From Methanotrichaceae archaeon (GTDB lineage Archaea > Halobacteriota > Methanosarcinia > Methanotrichales > Methanotrichaceae), in assembly GCA_963803145.1 (NCBI GenBank), contig CAWDLW010000030.1:19967-83966 (forward strand): 64,000 bases of DNA, in the 5' to 3' direction. The notes under the pieces were generated by a model. The model worked only from the letters and a program-made list of their open reading frames with translations. It did no database searches and was not told where the DNA came from. The first letter of the stretch is position 1. Every line of letters starts with the position of its first letter. The translations under genes and the position numbers were made by a program. This document shows positions 9,258 through 18,066 of the stretch, piece after piece.

Positions 9258-9722
9258 ATGGCAGAGAGATATATTATAGACGTGCTAAATAGCATAGGGA
9301 TCGAACTGGATGACATCGTATCCGCGGCACTGGAGCTTTACTTTCCCCATCCCGGGGTAGAGACTCGCGAGAAAGCAGAGGCCAAGTTTAGAGAAGAACT
9401 AAATATAGCGCTATCAGATCCTAATCTCGCTTTGCTGATATATGCTGGAGTTCTCCTTGAATCCGAAGGCATAAATCGGAATCTTCCGAACATCAAGCAG
9501 TCGGATTATGATAACGACCTGACGTGCCTGATTGCTGATGAGGTACTAGGCCTGAGCATTGCTAAGTACATCGGAGGCTACAAGGGATTGTTCGATTACG
9601 TCAGATATGATAAGGCAAAGCCCGGTATTCTCGGACGCTTAGGTCCTTTCATGGATGATTGTATCGGCGGACTGATAGGCGGGGTGTCTGCTAACATGTA
9701 TACAAGGGCGGTGTTTGACTGA
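9258..9722 (+). CDS. cobZ: PgpA-family phosphatase, likely alpha-ribazole-phosphate phosphatase CobZ
   Basis: PgpA-like motifs (ADEVLG...; GPFMDDCIGGLIGG). It lies immediately upstream of cobS, as described for Methanosarcina CobZ. Start trimmed to MAERY. Confidence 0.5.
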   Translation: MAERYIIDVLNSIGIELDDIVSAALELYFPHPGVETREKAEAKFREELNIALSDPNLALLIYAGVLLESEGINRNLPNIKQSDYDNDLTCLIADEVLGLSIAKYIGGYKGLFDYVRYDKAKPGILGRLGPFMDDCIGGLIGGVSANMYTRAVFD

Positions 9723-9727
9723 AGGAT

Positions 9728-10483
9728 TTGATATTTGCGCTCAAATCGGGATTCGGCTGGCTATCGACTATACCTGTTGGCATCTCAATGGAGGGCGTAG
9801 ATGCCCTGATGGGACATGTCTATATCTTTCCCATAATCGGACTTGTGCTTGGATCGATCTTTGGGGCGGTCGCATTCATTGTCGGCAAGGCATTGCCTTC
9901 AAGCCTGATCGCAATAATAGTAATAATAATCATCTATAAGCTCTGTGGAATCAATCATATTGATGGCCTCGCAGACTTCGGAGATGGTGTGATAGCTCAC
10001 GGAACTATAGAGAAGAAGATTCAGGCAATGAAGGATGTGAATATCGGCACAGGTGGCGTCGTCTTCATTTCCGTCATGCTTCTAACATTGTTTGCCATTA
10101 TATCCAATATGCCCACGGGCCTGCTGCCGTTAGCCCTAATTGCATCCGAGATCTCGGCAAAACAATCGATGATCGCCTTTGCCGCGTTCTCCGAATCTTT
10201 GCAGAAAGGCTTCGGACAAATAATGATCGAAAAGACCGGCAAACGCGAGTTTATTATTGGTCTCATAATAGCGGCTGCACTATGTGCATCAATACTGGGG
10301 CACTTAGGCATTATTATGCTCGCGGCTTCGCAAATCGCTGCTTTATATATGACTCAAGTGGCTAAGAGAAACTTCGGCGGGGCAACTGGCGACGGCATAG
10401 GCGCGACAAACGAGATATGCAGAGCTATGGCTCTCGCTACTGCAATGATCTTTGGAGGAATAGTTCCATGGATGCTCTGGTGA
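9728..10483 (+). CDS. cobS: adenosylcobinamide-GDP ribazoletransferase (cobalamin synthase)
   Basis: Polytopic membrane ORF with GINHIDGLADFGDG and GATGDGIGA motifs. Apparent TTG start. Confidence 0.85.
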   Translation: MIFALKSGFGWLSTIPVGISMEGVDALMGHVYIFPIIGLVLGSIFGAVAFIVGKALPSSLIAIIVIIIIYKLCGINHIDGLADFGDGVIAHGTIEKKIQAMKDVNIGTGGVVFISVMLLTLFAIISNMPTGLLPLALIASEISAKQSMIAFAAFSESLQKGFGQIMIEKTGKREFIIGLIIAAALCASILGHLGIIMLAASQIAALYMTQVAKRNFGGATGDGIGATNEICRAMALATAMIFGGIVPWMLW

Positions 10484-11070
10484 TGGCAGGCGGGAAGGGC
10501 ACACGACTCAAGATGGGCGAAAAGCCGTTGGTCAAACTTCTTGGAAGACATCTCATCGATTATGTGACCTCTGCACTTGAGGATAGCTCTGTAGAGAGGA
10601 TATTCATCGCCACTACTGAGAACGTGCCTATGACAAAAGATTGGGCAAATGATCGTGATCTCAATGCAGTAGACACACCCGGGACAGGCTTCGTAGCAGA
10701 TATGATCTATGCAGTTGAGCGTATAGGCGTTGTAGATCCGGTGATGGTGATTATGGCAGATTTACCACTGATAACTCCCGATCTAATAGATAACATAATA
10801 GATATCTACGAAGAACGGCCTGAGCCCGCACTCTCTACACATACGCCGCTTCACCTACATAGCCGACTGAGCCGAAGGCCAGACTCATTATTCAATTATC
10901 GCGGTCAGTTGATAGTTCCTGCTGGGGTAAACATTCTTGACGGTGCAGATATAATACATGAGCAAGAAGATTATCATCTGATACTTGAGAGGCTTGAGAT
11001 GGCCATAAATGTAAACACAACAGACGATCTGAAGCTGTGCGAGAGGATACTCTTAGGTGATCTTAGTTGA
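10468..11070 (+). CDS. cobY: adenosylcobinamide-phosphate guanylyltransferase (archaeal CobY type, NTP-transferase fold)
   Basis: MDALVMAGGKGTRL nucleotidyltransferase N-terminus. The ATG at 10468 overlaps the end of cobS. The ORF-track start at 10417 lies inside cobS. Confidence 0.7.
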   Translation: MDALVMAGGKGTRLKMGEKPLVKLLGRHLIDYVTSALEDSSVERIFIATTENVPMTKDWANDRDLNAVDTPGTGFVADMIYAVERIGVVDPVMVIMADLPLITPDLIDNIIDIYEERPEPALSTHTPLHLHSRLSRRPDSLFNYRGQLIVPAGVNILDGADIIHEQEDYHLILERLEMAINVNTTDDLKLCERILLGDLS

Positions 11071-11435
11071 ATAATGAATTGATTACAATTGAGGGCGAGA
11101 AGTTCTCCGCCCACGATCTTACGCTCCTTACTGGAGAGGATTCTGTTCCCGAAACACCAAACCATAACCTCCTATTAGTTGCCCGCGCCCTGAGAAATCC
11201 AATGAGATTACCATGGCTACTCAAAGAGATATGTGCGCTAAATCTCGGCTGCGAAGAGCTAAGAGATCTTAGGCTGGCACTCATCCGCGTTCAGGTGGAT
11301 GCTGAGCTCCGGATGAATGAGGACATCCAGAGGTACCAGCAGAGGCGCTATGTTGCACAGGTGATAGAAGTATTGCTGTTCAATGAGCTGATGCTCGCTC
11401 CTCGCGAACAGGCAGAAGAGGTTGAGATTGAGTAG
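11067..11435 (+). CDS. hypothetical protein, translationally coupled to cobY
   Basis: 122-aa ORF whose ATG overlaps the cobY stop (ATGA). No recognisable motif. Confidence 0.45.
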   Translation: MNNELITIEGEKFSAHDLTLLTGEDSVPETPNHNLLLVARALRNPMRLPWLLKEICALNLGCEELRDLRLALIRVQVDAELRMNEDIQRYQQRRYVAQVIEVLLFNELMLAPREQAEEVEIE

Positions 11436-11533
11436 ACCGAATTAATGCAGGGTTAAATGGCGGCACAATCACGCGTCTGAAGGTAGATTCTCCGAGTGGC
11501 GAAGCAACTAAAAAATTCTGTTAAATGATGAGT

Positions 11534-11923
11534 TTATCCTCCGCATCCGCAGCTGCCCCCAGCTGTGCCCGCAGTTGTTCCTCTTGATTCTCCGAGCGGG
11601 TACATGATATTCGTATACCCAGTGAGATTTCCCTTGAGCCTGTCCTGAGCGTATCGGGTTAAATCGAGTACAGTAGGCTGTATATTAATCTTCTGTGTGT
11701 TGTTTATTGATGAGTTATTCATCGGCTGGTTATTCGTGGAGAGGCCGTTTATTGGTGCTCCGCCTATATGATATACTCCTGCACCTGGCTGTGACAATGT
11801 GCCAGTAAGCTTAAAATCTCCTAAGTTAATCTCAGTGCTTCCAGGCAGCCACTGGGCATATGCACCACAGACGAGAACGCCAGATAGAGCTGCTAATGCC
11901 ATTATTATCTTTTTCGAAAACAT
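11534..11923 (-). CDS. small secreted Asn-rich protein ending in GGSCGCGG
   Basis: The ATG at 11923 is preceded by GGAGGGTG. Signal-peptide-like MFSKKIIMALAALSGVLVCGAYA. Asn-rich middle region. C-terminal Cys-Gly-Cys-Gly-Gly. Lies 80 nt downstream of cdhE on the same strand. Confidence 0.6.
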   Translation of the reverse strand: MFSKKIIMALAALSGVLVCGAYAQWLPGSTEINLGDFKLTGTLSQPGAGVYHIGGAPINGLSTNNQPMNNSSINNTQKINIQPTVLDLTRYAQDRLKGNLTGYTNIMYPLGESRGTTAGTAGGSCGCGG

Positions 11924-12003
11924 AAATACACCCTCCTGTCGGAAACTATTTCTATAAAAATTGAAAGGGTTATGTGCCCCTGAGGGCACACTGCCATCTT
12001 AGT

Positions 12004-13422
12004 TTACTTCGGCTTCGGCGGCCAGAAGCTCTTCATCCACTCAGAGATTCGTCCTGAGTCTTCAGGTCCAACCATTATCTTGGTCTTTCCTGCAAAGAGA
12101 TCCTCGAGCTCGCCGCTGAACTTGGCAGCCATTCCTGGCAGCACCATGCCAGGAGTCTTCTGGCCTTCCCACTTGAAGTCGGACTCATCGAAGGAATCCT
12201 TTATCTTCGTGGGCGTGAGCTGACCGCCTGCGACTGATGCCTGCACACCTATTCCATCTGTATTTATGGAAATTATGTAGGCATCGATGCCGTTAGAGGC
12301 GATATCGGACTCGACTGTGTAGTATGTCAGGGCGAAATTCGTCGTGACGAACACTGGTGACTCGGGTCCTGGGTTGCCGACCTTGTATATACCAGGCTTG
12401 ACCTGCACGGGCTTTCTCGGATCGGTGTAGATGTTGAACCGGAGGTGCATATCAGGCATCATGCTGTGCGCCTCAGTCGAGTGCTTGATCATTATTGCGC
12501 CACCGCGGATGGTGAATGCCGCTGTGAGGACGGACTCCCAGTAGGCAGCCCTGACTGGATCTTGTGTTGTTAGCCAGGCATTGATTGGCAGAGCCATTAC
12601 TGGATAGGCAATATCCCTCTGGGCCTCCTCAACTGCAGCCCTTCGGAGGTTGATGAAGTTCTTGAGTGACTGCTGTAGCAGCTTGCCGTTGGGTGCCGTA
12701 CCTGGATCAAGGACCAGATCGGTTAGGCCCATGCCGGCAAAGGTCGTTGCCATGGACTTCAGGCCATCCAGATCAAATGGCACACTCAGAGTTACTGGTA
12801 CATTGTAATCGTGTGCAAGCTGGGCGACCTCCTTCCAGTTATCCTTATTAGCAGCGTAGATGAGCGGCCTATTCTTGGCAGCAACATCAAGTCCTGCCTT
12901 CAGAACCTTGGGGTTGAAGGAGCAAAGGATAAGCGGATAGTCTGTGGTCTCCATTACCTTCTTGACGCATGCCGCAAACTTTGCGGGATCATCGGTAACG
13001 GATCGGACCGCAATCATCTCCACTTGTTCCCACTTGCCGATGTAGAACTTCCTCCAGGTGGAGATCTTCTTCACACGCTCGACGAGCTTGGCCTCGTCCA
13101 TGTTATCGGTTACATCATAGGCAAAGGGCGGCTTGTTGAAGAAGGTCATCTGGTGGCGGTACATGATGTCCTCTCCACCAACCTTGATCTGCTTCTCGCC
13201 TATGCCTACTAAGACCATCTTCAGCTCAGGGGATATGATCGATTTGAGTGCCTCGAGCTTCTTTGCATACTTCTTTTCCTTGACAAGCGGTGTGCAGTCC
13301 TCAACCTTCTTCTTCCGTTCGATGAGCCCTGCAGCAAAGGCCATGCAGGTCTGTTCGCCGCATTCCTTACAGTTGGTCTGGGGAAGCTGCTTGTAAAGGT
13401 TAAGTGGGCTAGTTTCCTTCAT
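12004..13422 (-). CDS. cdhE: acetyl-CoA decarbonylase/synthase gamma subunit (corrinoid/Fe-S protein large subunit)
   Basis: N-terminal CKECGEQTCMAF...C Fe-S domain followed by TIM-barrel and corrinoid-binding regions typical of CdhE/AcsC. Start trimmed to the ATG after GGAGGC. Confidence 0.9.
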   Translation of the reverse strand: MKETSPLNLYKQLPQTNCKECGEQTCMAFAAGLIERKKKVEDCTPLVKEKKYAKKLEALKSIISPELKMVLVGIGEKQIKVGGEDIMYRHQMTFFNKPPFAYDVTDNMDEAKLVERVKKISTWRKFYIGKWEQVEMIAVRSVTDDPAKFAACVKKVMETTDYPLILCSFNPKVLKAGLDVAAKNRPLIYAANKDNWKEVAQLAHDYNVPVTLSVPFDLDGLKSMATTFAGMGLTDLVLDPGTAPNGKLLQQSLKNFINLRRAAVEEAQRDIAYPVMALPINAWLTTQDPVRAAYWESVLTAAFTIRGGAIMIKHSTEAHSMMPDMHLRFNIYTDPRKPVQVKPGIYKVGNPGPESPVFVTTNFALTYYTVESDIASNGIDAYIISINTDGIGVQASVAGGQLTPTKIKDSFDESDFKWEGQKTPGMVLPGMAAKFSGELEDLFAGKTKIMVGPEDSGRISEWMKSFWPPKPK

Positions 13423-13427
13423 GGATC

Positions 13428-14792
13428 TCAAGCCTCCATCTTAAGCCAGCTGGCTGTATCAGGTGTCTTAGCATCTATAAGTCCCATCAGAGACTGGGTG
13501 ATCTCATGCACATATGCAACAGCTAGCGGATGCATCATCATGAATATGTCCACACCGGCCATTGCCAGAGTAAATCCAGTGAGAATCTCCCAGATTGGGC
13601 CACGAAGCATCCTGTCTCCCCAATCGGAATCCTGCTTGTTGGGGGATCTGACCATCCATGCCTCACGAACGCCCCATGCGTTGGTGGTTCCGGATGACAT
13701 TGGGAATGTCAGCTCTTCGTCGCCCTTCAGGGCTCCGAGCCTGATTCTCTCCATATTAGTATATGCGAAATCGAGGCCGTATGCCAGAGCTGCTGTTGTC
13801 GGGTCCATTACTATGGATTCCCTTGGCATTCCGACGACCTTCATGAGCTTCCTGTTCAGCTCCTTCTGGGAGTTGATCTCAAGCTGCGTCCAGGCGAGAC
13901 ATACGTGTCCATTATCCTTGCATGCCTTTCCTATCTTCTCCCAATCCATGTTCAGGTTAGCCGAGGCTATTAGAACGCGCTCGCCCTGGGCCGCTTCAGC
14001 TGCCTTGGAGAGCACTATCGGATCCTTCTCAGGGTTGCCTGAGCCGCCGATGCATATTGGGACTTTAACAGCCTGCAGGACGTCCTCAACTGTCTTCACT
14101 GCATCCTGTGGCTTGGTATCCTTCAGCAGCGGGTCTGTGCTGATCAGGTGTACAGTCACCAGATCGGCGCCAAACTTATCTACAGCCTTCTTGGCCCACG
14201 CGGCTGGATCATTTATTACGTCCTCGTAGTGCACCTTAACTGCCTTGGCCATGCCGATCGGCGTATCGAAGACATCCATTGTGATCTTGGGCGCATTGGG
14301 CATTAGTGCATCTGGGAAGAAAGGCATAGCCTTCTCGCCGCCGAGCTTCACAACATTGCCCCTGCTTCCGCCATCTGCCTTTGTGGCTCCGATGATGACC
14401 TCCTGAATTGGAGTCTTCCAGGTCTTGTCCGTTCCGACGGAAAATTTGGCTGCATTCAAGGAACCTGCTACCTTCCAGACGGGTACAGCTGCTGCTGCAG
14501 CGGCTGCTGCTGATGCAAGCTCTTTTGGTGCCGGGGATATAGCCTGAGCTACTGCAACCGGCTGAAGCAATGCATCAACTGGATAGCCTACAGCCTTTGC
14601 GAAGTTTATGAGCTGCATTGCAATCTTGGCTGCCTCTTGGCCAAAGTAGTAGGCGAAGAGCGGACCAAAGCCCGCAGCACCTGAGTCTATTTCTATCTCT
14701 ATATCTCCCTCGATCTTCAAACCTTCAAGGGATTGTACATTCATTTCTGATAAGGTCTTGTTCAAATCAGATAAAGTGATCTTCTCTGCCAT
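13428..14792 (-). CDS. cdhD: acetyl-CoA decarbonylase/synthase delta subunit (corrinoid/Fe-S protein small subunit)
   Basis: 454-aa ORF between cooC and cdhE, with CdhD/AcsD-like sequence. Contains a poly-Ala linker ([12 protein letters not shown]). Confidence 0.9.
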   Translation of the reverse strand: MAEKITLSDLNKTLSEMNVQSLEGLKIEGDIEIEIDSGAAGFGPLFAYYFGQEAAKIAMQLINFAKAVGYPVDALLQPVAVAQAISPAPKELASAAAAAAAAVPVWKVAGSLNAAKFSVGTDKTWKTPIQEVIIGATKADGGSRGNVVKLGGEKAMPFFPDALMPNAPKITMDVFDTPIGMAKAVKVHYEDVINDPAAWAKKAVDKFGADLVTVHLISTDPLLKDTKPQDAVKTVEDVLQAVKVPICIGGSGNPEKDPIVLSKAAEAAQGERVLIASANLNMDWEKIGKACKDNGHVCLAWTQLEINSQKELNRKLMKVVGMPRESIVMDPTTAALAYGLDFAYTNMERIRLGALKGDEELTFPMSSGTTNAWGVREAWMVRSPNKQDSDWGDRMLRGPIWEILTGFTLAMAGVDIFMMMHPLAVAYVHEITQSLMGLIDAKTPDTASWLKMEA

Positions 14793-14802
14793 TATATCAC
14801 CC

Positions 14803-15564
14803 TCATAGGCCTATCTCCTTGACGACCGCTCGCATCTCAATCACAGCAGGCGAATCGTCAGGAAGGCCCATCAGTGGATCTCCCACTAAGTCAAACTTGG
14901 CTAGCAATTCATCGTAGGGAATAGTACCGATAACATTCAGGCCCAAGCTTTTTGCCGTCTCCAGAACCTTATTCTTCCTATCTGGAGTCACCTTGTTGAC
15001 GATGACATAGAGCTCTTTATACTTGAGCTCGATCTCCTTCGCCAGATCCCGGATACGTTCAGCAGTCGTAAGGCCTCTCCGGGATTCATCAGTAACAGCA
15101 ATAAGCACATCCAGGTCGGGTATAGTCTTTCTGCTGAAATGCTCAAGCCCCGCGGGAGTATCTATGATGGTCAAATCGTAATCATTTACGGTTTTGTCCA
15201 TAACGCCACGCAGAAGGTTATTTACAAAACAGTAGCATCCTGAACCCTCTGGCTTTCCCATCACTAGAAGGTCGTATCCCTCCTCCTCCCGAAGGATCTC
15301 GAAGAGCTTTGATTCAAAAAGCCTTTGTTTATCGGTATCTGGAGGCGTAGTGTATCGAGCCTGCTGCATGAACTCCCTCATATCGCCAATGGTCTTTCCT
15401 ACCTCTACACCCAAGGCGTCAGCGAGGTTGGCATCAGGATCTGCATCGATAGCGAGTATTCTATATTTTTTGCTTGAACTTTTTACAAGATATCTAATAA
15501 GCATGGCAGTCACAGCAGTCTTGCCTGTGCCGCCTTTGCCTGTCACCGCAATTACTTTCCCCAC
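14803..15564 (-). CDS. cooC: CooC-type Ni-insertion accessory ATPase
   Basis: Deviant Walker A GKGGTGKT. CxC motif (SGCYCFVN). GTG start behind AAGGAAGG. Occupies the operon position of the cdh accessory protein. Confidence 0.85.
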   Translation of the reverse strand: MGKVIAVTGKGGTGKTAVTAMLIRYLVKSSSKKYRILAIDADPDANLADALGVEVGKTIGDMREFMQQARYTTPPDTDKQRLFESKLFEILREEEGYDLLVMGKPEGSGCYCFVNNLLRGVMDKTVNDYDLTIIDTPAGLEHFSRKTIPDLDVLIAVTDESRRGLTTAERIRDLAKEIELKYKELYVIVNKVTPDRKNKVLETAKSLGLNVIGTIPYDELLAKFDLVGDPLMGLPDDSPAVIEMRAVVKEIGL

Positions 15565-15577
15565 GGTTCAGCCTTCC

Positions 15578-15763
15578 TTATTTCTTCTTGATAATTACCT
15601 CTGCCACGTGGACTGTCGCTCCCCGAAGCTCGAGCGTTATGCCTCCGGAAGCTGCAGGCATGGCAAAAGCTGGCGCGGCTCCTGCTGCTGGCGCTGCGGC
15701 TGCGGCGGGTGCTGCTGGAGCATCCTCCTTCTTCTTAAGCTTGAGCTGAATCTTTCCTGCCAT
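15578..15763 (-). CDS. 61-aa Ala/Pro-linker microprotein, paralog 2 (unknown function)
   Basis: ATG preceded by GTGAGGAGGA. Shares MAGKIQLKLK, an AP-rich linker and PAF.M...GGI.L.L with 15848..16030. Confidence 0.65.
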   Translation of the reverse strand: MAGKIQLKLKKKEDAPAAPAAAAAPAAGAAPAFAMPAASGGITLELRGATVHVAEVIIKKK

Positions 15764-15800
15764 AACATCCTCCTCACTTTAAATTATGATAGTAGTATTT

Positions 15801-15847
15801 CGCAATAATAAAAGGCCAGTCTCCTCAAAATAGAGGTAAGGCGGCCT
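15801..15847 (-). terminator. imperfect hairpin plus T-run directly after microprotein paralog 1
   Basis: Minus strand reads AGGCCGCCTTACCTC-TATTTT-GAGGAGACTGGCCT followed by TTTTATTATT. This is only a structural guess. Confidence 0.25.
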
Positions 15848-16030
15848 CTACTTAGCGAGTACCACCTTATCGATTGATATCTTTGCGTCTTTCAGTATCA
15901 GCTTTATGCCGCCAGCGCTGCCTGACATTGAGAAAGCTGGGGCTGCTGTGCCTGCTGCAGGGGCAGCTGCCGGAGCAGCTGCGGCCGCAGGTGTCTTGGG
16001 CTTAAGTTTAAGCTGTATCTTCCCTGCCAT
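15848..16030 (-). CDS. 60-aa Ala/Pro-linker microprotein, paralog 1 (unknown function)
   Basis: ATG preceded by GTGAGGAGGT. The first 10 codons encode the same peptide as paralog 2, with 4 third-position synonymous differences. Confidence 0.65.
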   Translation of the reverse strand: MAGKIQLKLKPKTPAAAAAPAAAPAAGTAAPAFSMSGSAGGIKLILKDAKISIDKVVLAK

Positions 16031-16044
16031 TTTTATCTACCTCC

Positions 16045-17454
16045 TCACTCAAGGACGCCATCTGCCTGGAGAGCCTCTATGACCTGCATAAACTGGCCCT
16101 CAGACAAGCCGAGCTTATCCTTGACTGCCTGAACATCGATGTCTCCGCCGGTCTCCTGGATGAAGTTGATAACCTTCTCCTTGATCTCATCGGAGATATC
16201 CTCGAGCTTCCAGCCCTCGGTGATCTTCTTATTATCAACGGGCCTTGTGACACCGCCGACAACTGGATGATCGACCTTCAGCAGGAACTTCTTTAGGGAC
16301 TCGATGTCTTTAGCATCCTCTTCGGTGGCGATCTTCGGGTACATCTCCTCTGGAATGCCCGCCTTTACCCTCTCCTTGAGCTTCTTGGACATCCATACGA
16401 TCCTTCTCCAGCCTCCATCTGCCTGAAGGAACTTAGAGGAGAAGTAGTACAGAATACCCATGCCCAGGAATCCTACGACCTGCTTGCCGCCGCCTGTCTG
16501 GCCTGCCATTGTGGAGAAGGGAAGCCCGTTTGGTGCAGCGCCCTTGTAATCACGGTCAGCTATGCCGATTCCATCGACCTCAGGCATGTAGAACCCAATG
16601 GTTTCGAAGCATCCACAGGATGTGTGGGGAGCATCGAAGAAGGTGTACAGCTTCATGATTGAGTACTCGCCACCGGATCTCTTTGCTGCAACCTCGTTGA
16701 TGGATGCATACTCGCCGGTGACTGCGTCAATTGGCTCGCCCTTCGGTACTGGGAACTGGGGGCCCTCTGGGTCTACCTTGGCTGCTGCACGGCCATCGAA
16801 CCAGGTAATGGCTCCGCACAGGGATGGCCTATCTGGAGAGACTACGCATGCGCTTGTTGGGGCGAATGCCTGGCATAGGGTACATCCATAGAAGACATCG
16901 ACATCTTCGTCATGAAGTCCCTTGGCCCTCTCATCGCGTGCCTTGTAAATCTCCATTGCCTTGGCCAGCTCTTCCTTAACCCTGGCAGGATCTGTGACGA
17001 TTGTGATCTCCATCTTCTCGATGAAGGGCATCTCTGCCTTGTAGAGATCGATGATGGGCTTGTAAATCTGCTCCCACTTGGTTACACCCTTCTTCTGCAG
17101 GCTCTTGCCCATTCTCATCCAGATGTCATACCTCTGGTTGAGGTGCATGAGACCTGAGACATAGGATAGCAGTGCGTGGTTTCTCCTCTCTATGATAGAC
17201 TCCAGATCCTTCTCGATCTTCTCGCCGCCGACTTTGAAGATCATTCCGAAGGGTATTGTGGAGCCCTCTTTAATCTCTGAAGGCTCAGGGCCAATAACGG
17301 TTATCTTTCCATCCTGAATCTGATCCATTGGAGTTGCCAGGGATAGCTCGAAGCCGTATGCCTTGGGGCCAGCAAGCTCTATCCACAGGTCCTCTTTTCT
17401 GATACGCTCCCCTTCATACATTGGGGATATGTCCAACTTGACTTCATCTGCCAT
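16045..17454 (-). CDS. cdhC: acetyl-CoA decarbonylase/synthase beta subunit (A-cluster acetyl-CoA synthase)
   Basis: 469-aa ORF with A-cluster motifs (CGAITWFDG...; HTSCGCFE). Confidence 0.92.
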   Translation of the reverse strand: MADEVKLDISPMYEGERIRKEDLWIELAGPKAYGFELSLATPMDQIQDGKITVIGPEPSEIKEGSTIPFGMIFKVGGEKIEKDLESIIERRNHALLSYVSGLMHLNQRYDIWMRMGKSLQKKGVTKWEQIYKPIIDLYKAEMPFIEKMEITIVTDPARVKEELAKAMEIYKARDERAKGLHDEDVDVFYGCTLCQAFAPTSACVVSPDRPSLCGAITWFDGRAAAKVDPEGPQFPVPKGEPIDAVTGEYASINEVAAKRSGGEYSIMKLYTFFDAPHTSCGCFETIGFYMPEVDGIGIADRDYKGAAPNGLPFSTMAGQTGGGKQVVGFLGMGILYYFSSKFLQADGGWRRIVWMSKKLKERVKAGIPEEMYPKIATEEDAKDIESLKKFLLKVDHPVVGGVTRPVDNKKITEGWKLEDISDEIKEKVINFIQETGGDIDVQAVKDKLGLSEGQFMQVIEALQADGVLE

Positions 17455-17482
17455 TAATACACCTCTTATGATGAGATGAACT

Positions 17483-18049
17483 TTATTTCTTCAGTGCTTC
17501 GATTATTTCGTCGACTGCTGCGTGATAGTCGTCCGGATTAAATGCCATGTTGCCAAAGGTCATGTTCGCGTTGACGTGATAATACCTGTCTATCGAGACG
17601 CGCTTTATGTTCCTGTTGAAGTGCTTTAACGTAGAGAACATGGCATTGGCGAATTTGTAGAAGATGCCCATGAATATAACGGTATCATACTGGCCTTTGC
17701 CATCCAGACCCATCCAGTCCTCGAACCTGAGGTAGCTGGTGAGCGGATGTAGACCAATCTGATAGACATTAGTCATGTAGCCTCTGTCTACAAAGCCCTT
17801 CACGCTGTGTGCTGTAGCTGCGATCGGTATACCTGTTTTGCCGATCTCAATCATCTTGTCGAACATCACCGGGTCATCAAAGAGCTCTGCTCCCACAACG
17901 AGCAGAGGTCTCTGCGACTTCTTGATTATAGCTGCGATGACCTTCGGCATATAAGTCTTGGCCATCTCGGGCCCAGGGATCTGGGCCATCTCAAAGGGAA
18001 CTGGATTTTTGGTTGTATCAATACCCTTGGGTTTTGCTTCAGCTGCCAT
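17483..18049 (-). CDS. cdhB: acetyl-CoA decarbonylase/synthase epsilon subunit
   Basis: About 188 aa, immediately downstream of cdhA, with CdhB-like sequence. Start trimmed to the ATG after GGAAGTGAT. The track start is a GTG overlapping the cdhA stop. Confidence 0.85.
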   Translation of the reverse strand: MAAEAKPKGIDTTKNPVPFEMAQIPGPEMAKTYMPKVIAAIIKKSQRPLLVVGAELFDDPVMFDKMIEIGKTGIPIAATAHSVKGFVDRGYMTNVYQIGLHPLTSYLRFEDWMGLDGKGQYDTVIFMGIFYKFANAMFSTLKHFNRNIKRVSIDRYYHVNANMTFGNMAFNPDDYHAAVDEIIEALKK

Positions 18050-18066
18050 TTTGATCACTTCCTGCC

